Shown here: positions 1-11,996 of the stretch, piece after piece
Numbering within the stretch: the stretch's first letter is position 1
Layout: every line of letters begins with the position of its first letter
From: Cystobasidiomycetes sp. EMM_F5
Lineage: Eukaryota
Assembly (NCBI GenBank): GCA_051047955.1
Contig: JBPGPT010000024.1
Coordinates: 186,001 to 243,128 of the forward strand
Direction of reading: 5' to 3'
Length of the DNA stretch: 57,128 nt
The notes under the pieces: model-generated
Told to the model about the DNA's origin: nothing
The model's database searches: none
What the model saw: only the letters and a program-made list of their open reading frames with translations
Position numbers and translations under genes: made by a program

Positions 1-71
1 TGGGTCGACCAATCGGCTTCATCGTCGGAACTCGATTCATCCGCAAGCAGCGCTTGTGCCGAGTTTGCCAT
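1..71 (-). CDS. Possible 5' part of a gene running off the window edge (MANSAQALLADESSSDDEADWST...)
   Basis: ATG at 71-69 followed by an open acidic frame to position 1. Too short to identify, and it could be an internal exon. Confidence 0.35.
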   Translation of the reverse strand, partial: MANSAQALLADESSSDDEADWST

Positions 72-1073
72 AGTATCGTCGACGGTCGAGTCTTACAGTC
101 TGTCAGAAGCACGTCGAAGTGGCCTAAAACCCGCAGAATATGAATCCTTAAATGGAGGGAAAGAAGAGATACTGTACGCGACAATTCCATGCCTTTGTCG
201 TCCGTCTGACAGATGTGTAAGGCTTGTCCTACCGAGATTCGAGACTGTCACTTCCGTGTCAAACAGTCAGAAGACAATGTCGTGCATCTCTTTTCAGGGT
301 CTGGTCGCTGTTGCATGCGTCAATTACAGGAGTAATAACCGATACTACACTAATTCCTTCTTCTTTTTCCAATGCTTTGCTTCGTTCTCATCATCAGCAA
401 AGACATCATGTTCCATGACTTCGAACAACGATTCGAGGGCGCTATTAATTGCTGCTTTCCCGGTATCTATCCGCCCCGCTGCCGGGATACGGTGCTCTCA
501 CCATGCTCCTGGCACTTTACTCAAGAATGCTGATCAACTGAGAGTGCCTATCACGAATAATGCATTCCATGTGTGATGCGATTGCATTGTTTCTCAGACC
601 GATATTAAGTCTATTCATACTCAGCTGAGATGATGGCCAACTTTCGAAGATTATCGCATACTCCTGTTATGAGCATGAGAAGCGCAACTTCAACGTGTTG
701 AAGGACATTGAGGTAGCACATAGACGTGGCACCTTTGTCGCGCAAGCAAGGGCTCCGGCCGGAAGACAATGTCAAGGCCAAGATGAGGCGCTGAAAAGCT
801 TTGTCCAGGGGCTCTTGAAGCGTCAAAAGGTGCTGCGCGGCCGGATGTCGATGACCGAGTTGCCTTTGGTTCGCCACAGTCTCCGCACGACGGTGCAGCC
901 GTCGAATCCAGAGGTTAGACGGCCATCGCCGAGCCATGAAGAGACGTCAAGTCGCATCTACGATTAGCTCATCCTACCTTTCCTTCGCTATTCGTCCAGC
1001 ATAATCCATCTCGTTAGCATATTGATTTCGATGTCTGCTCCAAAGGTACGATCTGATCACGAAACCCATACAG

Positions 1074-2313
1074 ATGCGATTAGGTACGTCACAAATGCTA
1101 CAGGCTGGCCGAGAGAATACCAACGAGTGGATGAACAGCCTGTTCAATCTACTTAGATTGGAACAAGAGAGCTTTCCCATATCAAGCTATGAAGAACGTC
1201 CGGATGGTTGGCTCACGGCGCCGAGTAGTCTGAACATCTGCCTTGAAGAGGAAGTTCCAACATCTTCGCTACCTGCGTCAGCATCCGGGTCATCCGCCTC
1301 CGATGCATCATCGGATCTATTCAGCGAAGTCGACTCGCCCCTGGTCACACCCGCTGAGATCGAGATCATCAACGATGTTGAACGACTAATTCAGCTCAAT
1401 CTGGACATCAGAGAGTTGTCTGCAAATCGGCGAGCGAAGCTCACGCTGATCGATTCGATGAAGTTCGTCACCGCAAACGAAGAGGGAAAGCATCAATTGA
1501 GCGCATGATGGAGGGATCTAGTGGAAGCTATAGGTGGGACAACTGCACAGCGGCAATTGGTTTTGGCTGACAGCATCTTTAGCAACGAAAAGTACAGGCG
1601 CCAAGGATTTCAAAGAATCAGAGCGAGCGCAACTAGATACTACTCTGCTGGAACATCGAAACTTGTCAAAGTGCATTTCGAAGCGTCTAGCGATGGTGTC
1701 AGGCGTGCCGGTGAGTGACGTAACAATGAGCTGGGTGCGATTTTCTAATATGTATCGCAGCTTTCTGAGCGCATGGCAATGGAAGTAGGGCTCTCATCCT
1801 ATGATGGCAGTCAGGTCTTTTCGGCCAAAGACGACAATACCTATAGGATCGCTCTGTGTCCCCTACCATATGGACCGACTGTCGACGACGACGGGCGCAG
1901 GGTTGAGTAAGTGTCAAGGATCAGTGTCGATTTGACGCGCCTTCCTCTGATTGTTCGGGTACAGACACCGTCTAGTATGGGCTTGCCGACCGCTTCTTGA
2001 TGCTGCGCGTTGGTCGGAACCCGAGTATGCACACGTAAAAAAAAGAGGACTAGGCGGGTTTGTTGGTGCATGGCCTTCAACGACAGAAGAGCGACAAGGA
2101 TATTCGTAGGTGCCTGTAGGGCGAATCAAAAGTTTACGCTGACTTTGCCGACCCTCGCTGCCCAGAAACCGCTATGAGGTTGAGGAGATTGAGAAGGCTA
2201 TCGCAAATTACTTCGATCCCATCATTTACCGCTGTGCCTGGTATATTAACGCAGCGGCCAACCAGAGCGTGCCAGGTTTAGCTCATGCGCATATATGGGC
2301 AGTGCAAATGTGA
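1074..2313 (+). CDS. Divergent DUF3605 (Gig1-like) family protein, multi-exon; 5' boundary uncertain
   Basis: The last exon reads ...IANYFDPIIYRCAWYINAAANQSVPGLAHAHIWAVQM* (stop 2311-2313), resembling the DUF3605 C-terminal W-x-x-N-x4-QS-x-P-x-L-x-H-x-H motif. An upstream exon YRIALCPLPYG (~1842-1875) sits where the family has IL-x-NDWPY. Confidence 0.55.
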
Positions 2314-2801
2314 CTTTCTGCTTTCTAGAAAAATAACAGGTAGTCTTACCAATCAGTGCCAGACACACTATGAAACGACAAGGCATACTTGCGTTGACGG
2401 ACCGCACATCGACCAAATTCGCAAATTTGCGATGATTGCAGATTGATTTGCAGGACAGAGTATACTTTCAGGCGCATTGGACTGTTTTATCCAAGTCCGT
2501 CAACGAGTAGATTTTCAATGCGCAATGAAACCAATGGATTCATTTTAGCTAATGCGATACAGACCAAATGTGAACAGCTGTTAAAGAGCTCGCAGGCGGG
2601 ATTGAACAAGAGAATTATCAATTGTAAGGTGAACATCAGCTGTTTTCAAACAGCATCACTACTGTTGACGAGCGATTTGCAAATTGGGCGAAGTTTTGCG
2701 GAGGCGAGACGCTCGAAACAGAGTTCAAGGGCATCCAGTTTCGGCCACCCAAATGCTAGTGCACGTTCTATATTGTATTTGAGCAATTCGGGACATCGAA
2801 C

Positions 2802-2880
2802 GGTTGTATAGTGTAATGGCTAGCACTTCAGATTCTGACAGTGGCTTCTGGCAATTCCGGTTCGATCCCGGATACGACCT
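2802..2880 (+). tRNA. tRNA-Gln (anticodon CTG) with a 7-nt intron
   Basis: Acceptor stem GGTTGTA/TACGACC. D arm TAGTGTAATGGCTAGCAC. Anticodon stem TCAGA/TCTGG with CTG at 2835-2837. Intron CAGTGGC at 2839-2845. T loop GGTTCGATCCC. Mature length 72 nt. Pol III T-run terminator at 2888-2892. Confidence 0.95.
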
Positions 2881-2976
2881 GGTAGTATTTTTGGATGATC
2901 GCGCTTCGTTTGTTTGCTTCTCCTAGAAAGAAACCGATGCTCAGAAGACAATGGACCTTCACATGATCATTCGGTT

Positions 2977-3513
2977 TCATTCACTTTCATGGCTCCCCAC
3001 AAGATTCAACAACGGCCCTAATTGCCTAGCTTCCTCCTCCGCGCCCATTAATCTTGCCGCTTCCCATCTCTTGAACATCGCTGCGCATTCCACCGCAGTT
3101 GGCTTTCCCGCTCGAATGTCTGCATTTCCCTCTTTCACGAGCACTTCTACTACCTCGTCGTAACCCTTAAAGATAGCTCCAGCCAGTGGACTTTGTCCTC
3201 TGTCATTTAAAATATTCACATCTCCACCTCGCTTAATCAATTCTGATACCAGTTTTGGGTGGTTGTGATAGGCTGCAAGCATAATGAAAGTGTCTCCACC
3301 ACCATTTCTGATATTTGCAGGTATGCCGGCATTGAGATATTGCGTGAGTCCGTCCATATTGCCCGTGCGAGCCATGTCAAACAATCTCGAGGCGAGTTCT
3401 ATCGCTTCGGGAGGGAGATTTGGAGTCGTGGGTTGAGATACAGATATCCCGTTGGTGGCAGGTGGAATTCCATTCGGTAATGCCTGCGATCCTGATTGAT
3501 CTGCTTGTGGCAT
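2977..3513 (-). CDS. Ankyrin repeat protein
   Basis: Ankyrin motifs GDTFIMLAAYHNHPKLVSELIKRGGDVN and GQSPLAGAIFKGYDEVVEVLV. Likely start MPQADQ at 3513. Confidence 0.9.
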   Translation of the reverse strand: MPQADQSGSQALPNGIPPATNGISVSQPTTPNLPPEAIELASRLFDMARTGNMDGLTQYLNAGIPANIRNGGGDTFIMLAAYHNHPKLVSELIKRGGDVNILNDRGQSPLAGAIFKGYDEVVEVLVKEGNADIRAGKPTAVECAAMFKRWEAARLMGAEEEARQLGPLLNLVGSHESE

Positions 3514-3905
3514 ACTGTGACGCAGCCTGTAGTATATATCAAGATCAGTTCCGACACTCGGCATTGCATCTTCTAACGCACAGCTAGCTGATGTAGGAGA
3601 ATTCAATTCGAGTGAGCAGTTATTGAAATACTCTTGGTGGATTGGTACGCGTAAGAGACAGAAGCATTCGATAGGTATCGATTCAAATCTCTGGCCACAA
3701 ATGAGCTTTTTTGATCAGCTAAAAGACTATGATGTACAGAATACTACTGCGAACACCACTAAAAGCCTCCCTAGCTCGCTGCCTTGCTGCAAGACTTTCT
3801 TTCTCGGCTCAAGCTAGGTCACGTGGCAATTCGATCCTCGCGACAGCGAACACGAGCGGCAGCAGCTTCTCTTGTTGCGCAAACCACAGCGCGTCCACCG
3901 CAAGT

Positions 3906-6900
3906 ATGGCGGGAGACGACTTTGAATATTATCATTCAAACAAAACTGCTCTTGACCAACCTGTACCAACACCACCTTGGCAGCGGAAGGCCGACAAAGA
4001 ACGCCTCGAATTCCAAACACAAAAAACACAAGTAACCAGCAGCTCATCAGAGTCAGACTCGACTGCATCGACCAACGACGAGGATGGTCTTCGTCTCACG
4101 TCTTCGAGCCAAGTGACTGAGGCGCGTCGAAACGCATTTGCAGCCATGGGTCAATTGGCCTCAAAGTCGCGGTCAAGGTCACCACCGCAATTCCGCACTG
4201 GGTCGAGTAGTCCAATCAAAGTAGAAGTGGTTGTTCCAGTGAAATCGCCTTCAATTGCTGCGTCCGCTGCGTCTCGCAAACAATCAGCATCAAACGAACA
4301 GGATGCAGCGCGAGATCTGCTGCAAAGCCCTAGCAAGAAGGCAAAGTTTTATCATGTTGCAGGTGAACACGAAGCTACGCCATCGCCATCTAAGCAGGTT
4401 ACATCGCAGTTCGAAGATCTCAAAGCTTCCACACCAGCGCAGCGGACAGACGGGCAACAGGCAGGCTTCATCGTGCGAAGCAAAGACGACTTTAGCGGAT
4501 CGCCATCTCGACAGCATGTCAGGTCTTCGTCTTTGACGAGTGTTCCTTCCGACGGAGACGAACACCACGATAGTCGTGACGAAGGCGACAATACATTAAA
4601 CAACATAGGTCACTCACATGGACTACCGCAACGCGCACTGTACAATCAAGACGCAATTCTTACTACAGAGACTGGGCAGCAGTTGCATGTCTCCAGTCGA
4701 CGCGCTAAGCCAGAGAAGCGGTCGTCGCGTAATCAGAGTCCACGAGGTCAGCTTCCCAATGTCGGCACAAAGCCCAAGTCCAGTATGGATAAGCATTCCA
4801 ATGTCGACAAAGGAACGGCGGCAGTACAGCAGTTGGGACAGGCGGATATCGAAATATTCAAGCGATTCGCTTTCCAGCAGCAGCCAGCGCGCCAGGCTGC
4901 CCAAAAAGCTAAAGCAAAACAATCTTACATAGATCCCTCGTCTGAAGACGAGCCAAGTCAAGACGAGCGGCGTGCAGCAGTCCCCAGGAAAGCTCGGCGT
5001 AAGTTAGAAAAGCGCCAAAAGAAGGCAGACAATCGGAGAGCGAGTGCCATCAGTATCAGCACGAGCACAGAGGAGTTCGGGAATCAAACAAATGCGTCAA
5101 CGGAAGATGCGAGCGAAGATGTCTCTCCTCCTATCGATGTAACCACCGCAACAAGACCTTCGGGACGAAAGAAATCGCAAACGACTGCCACGAGTGCATC
5201 ACAGTCTTGGCGGTCGAATGCGAAAAGGAAGACCCAGAAAGTCTCGGATACGGGCACAAATACCAAGGAGAACGGGAAAGTGACCGCTATCGATGCTTCT
5301 GTAAAATCGAAAGAGGACTCTGAGTTGAGCGCGACCAACGAAGACATCCAAGAGAGCGAAACTACGAAGATGCCAACGAAGCCGGCCGCGGCAAAAAGTC
5401 GGCAGACAAATGCACGCAAGCGTGTCCAGACGGTACCCGGCATGGTAGATACAGATGCTGACAATGTGGACATCGCAGGGCGCAAACGCTCTGTAGCGAT
5501 GAAACAAAACAAGTCGTATCGCGAATCGAGCGACTCTGGGCGCTCGCTGTCGCCTGAGGAAGTAGTACCGAAGCCCGTACAGCCTGCAAAGAAGAAGCGC
5601 CCCCTCGCGGATACTAGCTTAGACAATCCGTCCAGCACAATGAAAGAGAAGGGAGCTGACAAAGCCTCCTTGAATGGCAAAGCGGGCAAGTCCATGCCAT
5701 CTTCGGCCTCCATGCCGTCTCTGCCGCGGGCGTCATCCTCCGCGTCGTTCGTCTTCTCATCTTGTCAGCCTCCCGCTCTGCCATCGTCACAAACTCAGCC
5801 GCGTGCTTTCGACGTCTATGACTTAGACGAAAGCATTTTTGTGGCCCTACCGGCCATACCAAAAGACTCTGAGCAGGCATACAACACAGCTGATCATCAA
5901 CCAGGGCAACCCTGTTTCTGGTGGCCAGCGAGAATCATCAGCCGTAACAGGCAGAACTTCAGAGTCGGATTGGTCATTGACAATCCGAAGAAAGAGATTC
6001 TGAAACACTTGTACGTCGACTGTGGCATTGATGTCCTAAAAACGCAACTGATCTAACATCCTCTGTAGCTCCTCTGACATTGTCGTTCCGACAGAATGCC
6101 TGGATGAACATCATCTCAAGCGCTTCATCGATGAAATGACGGAGGTGGTAAGCATTTCTTCGTACGCTTCAGCGATACAGAGTGTATCAGTATACGCCAA
6201 CAAAGACGATTACGAGATTCCATCGGAAAAGGCATTTAGCTCCTCAGTAAAGCGGCTGAAGTCATCCGCCGACGATGACAGCGATGCGATGCCGGAAGTG
6301 GGAGGCGCAACCTTCCTCCACTCGTCTCCGAACAAGAAGCAGAAGATAGCAGAGTCACGCAAGAGCAGTCAGAATCGCCCGAAGGCTGCGGCTACTGAAG
6401 ACGCTGAGCTGGAAGAAGGCGATTCCAATATAAGACGCATGATAAAGTCTCTGAACGGCGGCGGCGTATCTTTCGATGACGATTCCGAGAGCGAAGATTT
6501 GGATGCCGAGTGCGTATGTTTCGTTGATATGCAGCGCTCGCTGACGTCATTTGTACGGCCCAACAAGTATCGAGGCCGGTACCTTATGTCTGGCCCTAGC
6601 GAGGAATCAGTGGTGGCCCGCAAAGGTCGTAGCAGTGCACGACAAGTCAGCTCAACCGTCTAAGAAACCGCAAAAATCGAACAAGAAGCAAGGGCCATAC
6701 GAAGTTGAAATGTATCCTCCTGATCGACACACTTCAAGACTGTCCAGGGATCATATTCTGCTAACGGATGACTACGACTTTGCGACTTGCTCGGTAAGCC
6801 TCATGCCGCCAACGGTAATGAAGCTGACAATTATAACGACTCCACAGCTTGGAGCGATGGCAGAAAGTATTAGGAATAGTCGATTGGAACAAGAGATCAT

Positions 6901-7608
6901 CGACGACGTCATGCCTGAAATGCGCCTTGCCTTGAAGCGTGAGCCAACATTTGGACAATACTGTGCAAAGCACCTAAAAGGAAGTCCCGTTCCGTATTAT
7001 AGATGCTTATCAACCAAGCGCAGAGCGGCACCGCCTTTTCTTCGGAAGTGTCAATGAGAGGAATCAGCTGCTTCCGGATTTGATCAATTACGGCGCTTTC
7101 GAAGCTTCTCAAATCCAACAATTGCAAGACTATATAGTCGGATGGGTTCAGCAACAATACGTAGGTCCTTTCGGCAATCAATCGGCACCTGTTGCTGATC
7201 CGTTTTGGCTGTTCCCATGTTCAGGCGAACGATAGTCCTGACATGTCGGCCGAATTCAAGACTCTTGATGTGCATCAACGCAACGACTACGTAGTGAACG
7301 TTCTCGCGCCGACGGCTTTAGAGATGATGCTAATCAACGACGACAAGAGCATCGCGCAGCAAGCGGAGGATGCACTCAAGCTTGAAGACCCGGCTGTGAC
7401 AACACCATCCGACGATGCCATTCGTATGAAGGCTCATGAGTATGCCGCACGAGATTTACGCAGTAATAATTTATGGTACACAAAGGTGCTCACAGCACGT
7501 CAGCTAGCGGAAACTGCTCACCACCTATCGAGAAGGCCAGGCAAACCAGCAGCAGACGATGACAGCGCTTTCGGCAGAAAACGTTCGAGGGTAAACTACG
7601 CCGAGTAG
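3906..7608 (+). CDS. Large low-complexity, probably nuclear protein with two PWWP/Tudor-like motifs, multi-exon
   Basis: Long S/K/E-rich exon from MAGDDF (3906). Motifs PCFWWPARII (~5910) and NQWWPAKVV (~6605). GT-AG introns (e.g. 6011-6069) link ORFs 3729, 6136, 6551 and 7192. Stop at 7608. Confidence 0.7.
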
Positions 7609-7848
7609 GCAGCATCAGCCCGTTTCGGTCACACGTAAAACATCAGTTCGGTTGCTCCTAACGGTGCAGACAACGTAGTATTCGATTTTCACGCATGCTC
7701 AGAATAATGACCGAAACCCATTTATATCCCATGTAATCCAAGTAGCATTGGTTGTCTTATTGTAGATACACGCGCCATTATGGGCTAATCTGCGATGTTA
7801 CTGCCATGAAGCGTAGCCGTATTTTGAATACAGATCATGCCGAATGCA

Positions 7849-9263
7849 TCAGCTACGCAGAAGTGGTTGCCTCTCCGTTCCATTCGAAGCCTCGCCATCT
7901 GTGATCGACTGCCCATACGCATCTATCCCCAAACGTCTGAATGACAGGTAACGGTCAAGCGATGTGCCAGGCGTGATAGTGGAGCTGAACTTACTTTTGT
8001 CGTGCGGTCCATGCTATGCACATGATCAGAAGACACGCCTGCAAGATTCCAGCTAGGAGGGATAGATATAAGCGCAGAGATGGAGACTTGTTCTGAAAAA
8101 AAAACCCACAAACGAGATAGACACCCCACGCAGTCCAATTGATCCCGGGCCTAATAAGCAATGAATATACCAGGACGAAAGCGCCGGGCGTTTGTATGCA
8201 CATCATGGGGATCGACAAGCTTCCGACAAGCTTTCTTTGCCATGTGCGACGGATTTGCGGCTGGTATGTCGCGCATATCAGTCTATGTCGCGATGAGTTA
8301 TTGTGCCTACTTCTCGCCGCTTACAAGGTACTGGCACATCGCTAATAAAGTGCTCAGAACGCCAAGAAACGTTGCCCATAGGCGCACAACGCGAGCGTCA
8401 TGGCTTTCCTGATGCGGACCAGGCAACGGGTTTGGCGTGGGGTGAACTGGAGGTTGCGAGGCTTTTGGCAAAAGTAGCAATAATAGGAAGGTAACGAAAC
8501 CGCAAACTGCGACATGAAGTCCAGTAAGAACGGCAAAGTTGACAGACGTTCGCCATTCAGGCGATGCTGCAGTCTGTACTTGTTGCTCTCCAGGTCTGAC
8601 ACTACTCATGGTTGAGTAGGTGGCATTGCGGAAGTCGAAAGAATCCTCCGAGTTTGGCGTGAGGACTTCTTCATGTCCACCATAATTCGCAGGTCTGAAT
8701 GCCTTTGCAATGTTTCGCCATAGCTTCGATGGTTTGGTTTGGGGAACAGATCCAGGAACCCAGCTGACCCATTTCGCCGAAGGTGGGTAGTATGCAAGGA
8801 AGAGTAGGAAGCTGAGTGAAGTCATTTCGCGTGAATCATTCGTTATACATCCTGTTTTGCGTGAACATATTGCCATTGGACCTACATGACGTTGAAGCAC
8901 GCCCACTGCAATCCAACCTGAATGATGCCCATCAGTCCTTCCAAGCACGAACTGCCAGACTTTCACCGAGCGGCAGTCAGAATCCACGGATAACATATGC
9001 CTGAGCGTGACCCAGCCTACCAGGAAGCTGCAGCACCGTACCGCCGACCAGGATAATGCGACGATATTCAGGAAACTTGACGCCGAGCTGGTACTTCCGA
9101 GCAGCAAGAAGAGCGGGTCAATACCTTCCGACGTCTTGTTGTAGACGATGCGAAACATCTGAGGGAGGTAGCTGACGAGCACGCCAACGCTAATCAGCGC
9201 CGACAGCTTGAAGGCTGTTGGGTCATTGGCGGGTATGCAGGTATCGTAGCCAGGCGGGTGCAT
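7849..9263 (-). CDS. PQ-loop repeat membrane transporter, multi-exon
   Basis: SYLPQMFRIVYNKTSEGIDPLFLLLG (first PQ loop). Second repeat ...LAMCQY / LVGSLSIPMMCIQTPG. C-terminal dileucine-type signal ERQPLL before the stop at 7851-7849. Confidence 0.9.
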
Positions 9264-10439
9264 TATTGGCAGCCAGGTCTGCGTCGACTGTAGCCAGGAG
9301 CGCAACAGGCAGGCTTGACGTTTGCAAGAGACGAAGTGCTGGACGGAACTCACATCCGATACTGATTATATCCCGCAGCGTCAGTCAAGCAGGACAACTG
9401 GGAGAAATTGCAATGTCATCTCCTGTTATATGGCTCTGCATTTCAGCATTCATTAACGCCAATCACGCCCTGTCTCGTCATACAAAGTGAGGACATATTG
9501 TAGTCTCGACATGGCATTCCACATCCGCTCTCGTTGACTAACGCCAGCAAGCTTGTAGCAACGGCATTCACTTAGATGACTGCGAGGCGTTACCTTCCTG
9601 ACTTACTGATACAACAGGGTCTTCATTCATTTGACGAATTCGCCGCACTCACCTCATTAGCAAAGTGACGCGACAATTTTCGGCAGCGCTACAACACCAT
9701 TGTGAAAGTGACCAATTTGACGTATGCCTCCTCGTAGCAAGGAGTCTTGCAATCTCACCATGGAGCATCGTGCGACCGAATATGAATACTCGTACACTGA
9801 TGTCCCACTGCTGGCCCTCGGGATGATTGAGCACTCGTGAAGACTACATAAGAAGCATGGAATGAGATACTTTGCTGAGCCCGTCTTTGCTGTGCTCCCT
9901 TCCCACACCCTCGACTCCGCCGCGCCTCCCGCGTCAGATAAGGAGGTCTTTCGATTCATACAGACGTTCACGAGCAGCAGGCTTGCTCAATACAATCCAT
10001 GGCCAAGAGTGTGTCTATCTCTCCTTCCAGATCGCTACGGTGGACGAGCAGTCTGTCTGACGCAAACGCGCAGGGTCTTCGCTTATTGGAAAACCGTGGC
10101 CTGCCGGTGCAGATTTCACATTTTGATAAGCTCGCTTGCTCTTACGTCAGGCCTATCATTGTATGCTCCGGCGACACCCGCCTGCGCAACTTTGTCTAAT
10201 ACGTCTGACACAATTGACAGTGTAAAGCGTGGAGGAGAAAGTGTCAGACAAAACGACCACATTTCACAGCCGGCTTCGTTTGCTTCACAGGTTGACTTTC
10301 TTCTTTTCTCGGCGTGCTGAAAGGCACGCTCACTAAGGGATCGCTGCCTTGCAGGGTCGAGATTATGAGTCTCGATCATGGCGCAGGCCGAGCATTGTGC
10401 AACGCCTTGCATGGTTTCCACTCAGCTTGTGAGTGTCAA

Positions 10440-11580
10440 TAAGGACGAAGCGCCTTACAATATGAGTACGAAGAGAGAACGCTGCTAATGTTATCCTATG
10501 ATTATTAGGCACTATACTGCCAAGATTGCGGCGCAGTCCCTACAAACGGCGTCTAATTACAACTCCCTTGGCGATCTATATAGTCTATTTCGATTCTTAC
10601 GCGTAATAGTGAGTAGGCTTCCAGAGATTGCTCACAAGAACAATATTTCAGCTTGCACTTGTGCGGTCGCAACAGCTTGGTCGGATTGGACGACTTACAA
10701 TGATTATGTGGTAAAAGAGGAGAGAACATGCCCACTAACAGCTGGGACGCGAGCGCTTGCCTGCCCTCCATCTAGCATCCTGCAGTCCCGCCATGACAAG
10801 AAGGGGGATACGACAGCGGACAACGTATGGCAAGTGTGGTCGATTCATCAAAGTGATATCGTTCACCCTTGTATCCTCATTGGCTCTGATGGCATTTATT
10901 GTGCGGCGGCAGCAATCGTGGCTTTACCTCTGACTCGACAAGAAATAGAAGAAGTTGGTCCGACTGCCGACAATGCTGCATACATGGCTTTTTAGCGCTA
11001 CAGTATTATGTATCCCATCCCAGCTGAGTGTGACTGCCTGCACATCGAGGCTGCTGCTCTCACAATCCAAACATACGAGCGGTACCACAAAGAGGCGTTT
11101 GTCGTTGACGGAGACTTGCAAGACTGTGGTCTCTACGTCCCTGATAATAAGGAACTCGCCGACTTCACCAGGAACGGCCTCGTCTCCCCGTCTCCCCTGG
11201 TTATCCTGAGCGGAATATATCTACGGTACGGAACTCAACCATCAGCCGAACATTGTGAAGTCTGATATTTTCTTGCAGTCGCAACAAGGAAAACGAGCTG
11301 GACGGCGAGAAATCGATGTCCCTTCCGCAAAAGCGTATTGATATCATCGAGATTGACTTTACCCCAGCAGAGCGCGAAACTAATTCATCAGTGGAGAGTT
11401 ACTTTCAGACGGTGGTCAGCAGCTTGTTGGAAGCGAACTTAGTGTGAGTTGGGGGCTGGTTACGGGAGGGTTTTATTTACCGACGAATCGAGGCGCAGGC
11501 GGTACGGGCTCAAGAACCGAAGTGCTCTATGACACGATGCCGGTTCTACTACCGGTGCGCTGTCGATGCCTACACGTTCT
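10440..11580 (+). pseudogene. Degenerate SNF2-family (Rad5/Rad16/Uls1-like) helicase fragment
   Basis: Remnants: DEAP (10444, motif II-like), NSLGDLYSLFRFLRV, and a spliced segment VILSGIYLRRNKENELDGEKSMSLPQKRIDIIEIDFTPAERE. No recognisable TGTP motif III, Walker A or helicase C domain. In-frame stop at 10993-10995. Confidence 0.75.
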
Positions 11581-11996
11581 GATCATGCTGAATGTCCCTA
11601 TAGCAATTGCGCCGTGCTGACGTCTGGAGGCTGTCGTTTCTGCAACCTAACCCACAACAACTTTCCTCCCAAAGCCAATACGTAGCCTCTCGCCCTTCTA
11701 CAGCAAAATTCCTGCATCATGAAGGATGAAGGGATGCTCGTTGTTATTAGCTCGAATACGAGCTCGATGCGCAGGCTTGTTTGGTGAGTGTATGGGACCG
11801 ATTTATACATGACCTCCCAAACTTGCGTCGACCAGACGTTGTAGGATAGTTTCCTGCTTTCGCAATAAAACCTGATAAAAACCGCCCATCTCCGCTTTTA
11901 CTGTTTGCTTTCTTTGCCTTGACGGCCATTTGTCAATATCTGTCATTTGATCATTCGCTTGTCTTGGCTTGGCATATATCAACTTGAAGCACACAA

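Noticed and set aside
224..967. Short ORFs on both strands as genes
   Set aside because: No recognisable motifs and I could not build a consistent spliced model, so they are left unannotated.
9649..10421. Overlapping 60-150 aa ORFs upstream of the SNF2 relic
   Set aside because: No family signal or coding support. They may be further pseudogene debris, but this is unsupported.
10757..11197. Intein in the SNF2 relic (insert starts near a Cys and has a late Asn)
   Set aside because: No intein block A/B/G motifs, no His-Asn end, the residue after Asn is Gly, and there is an internal stop.
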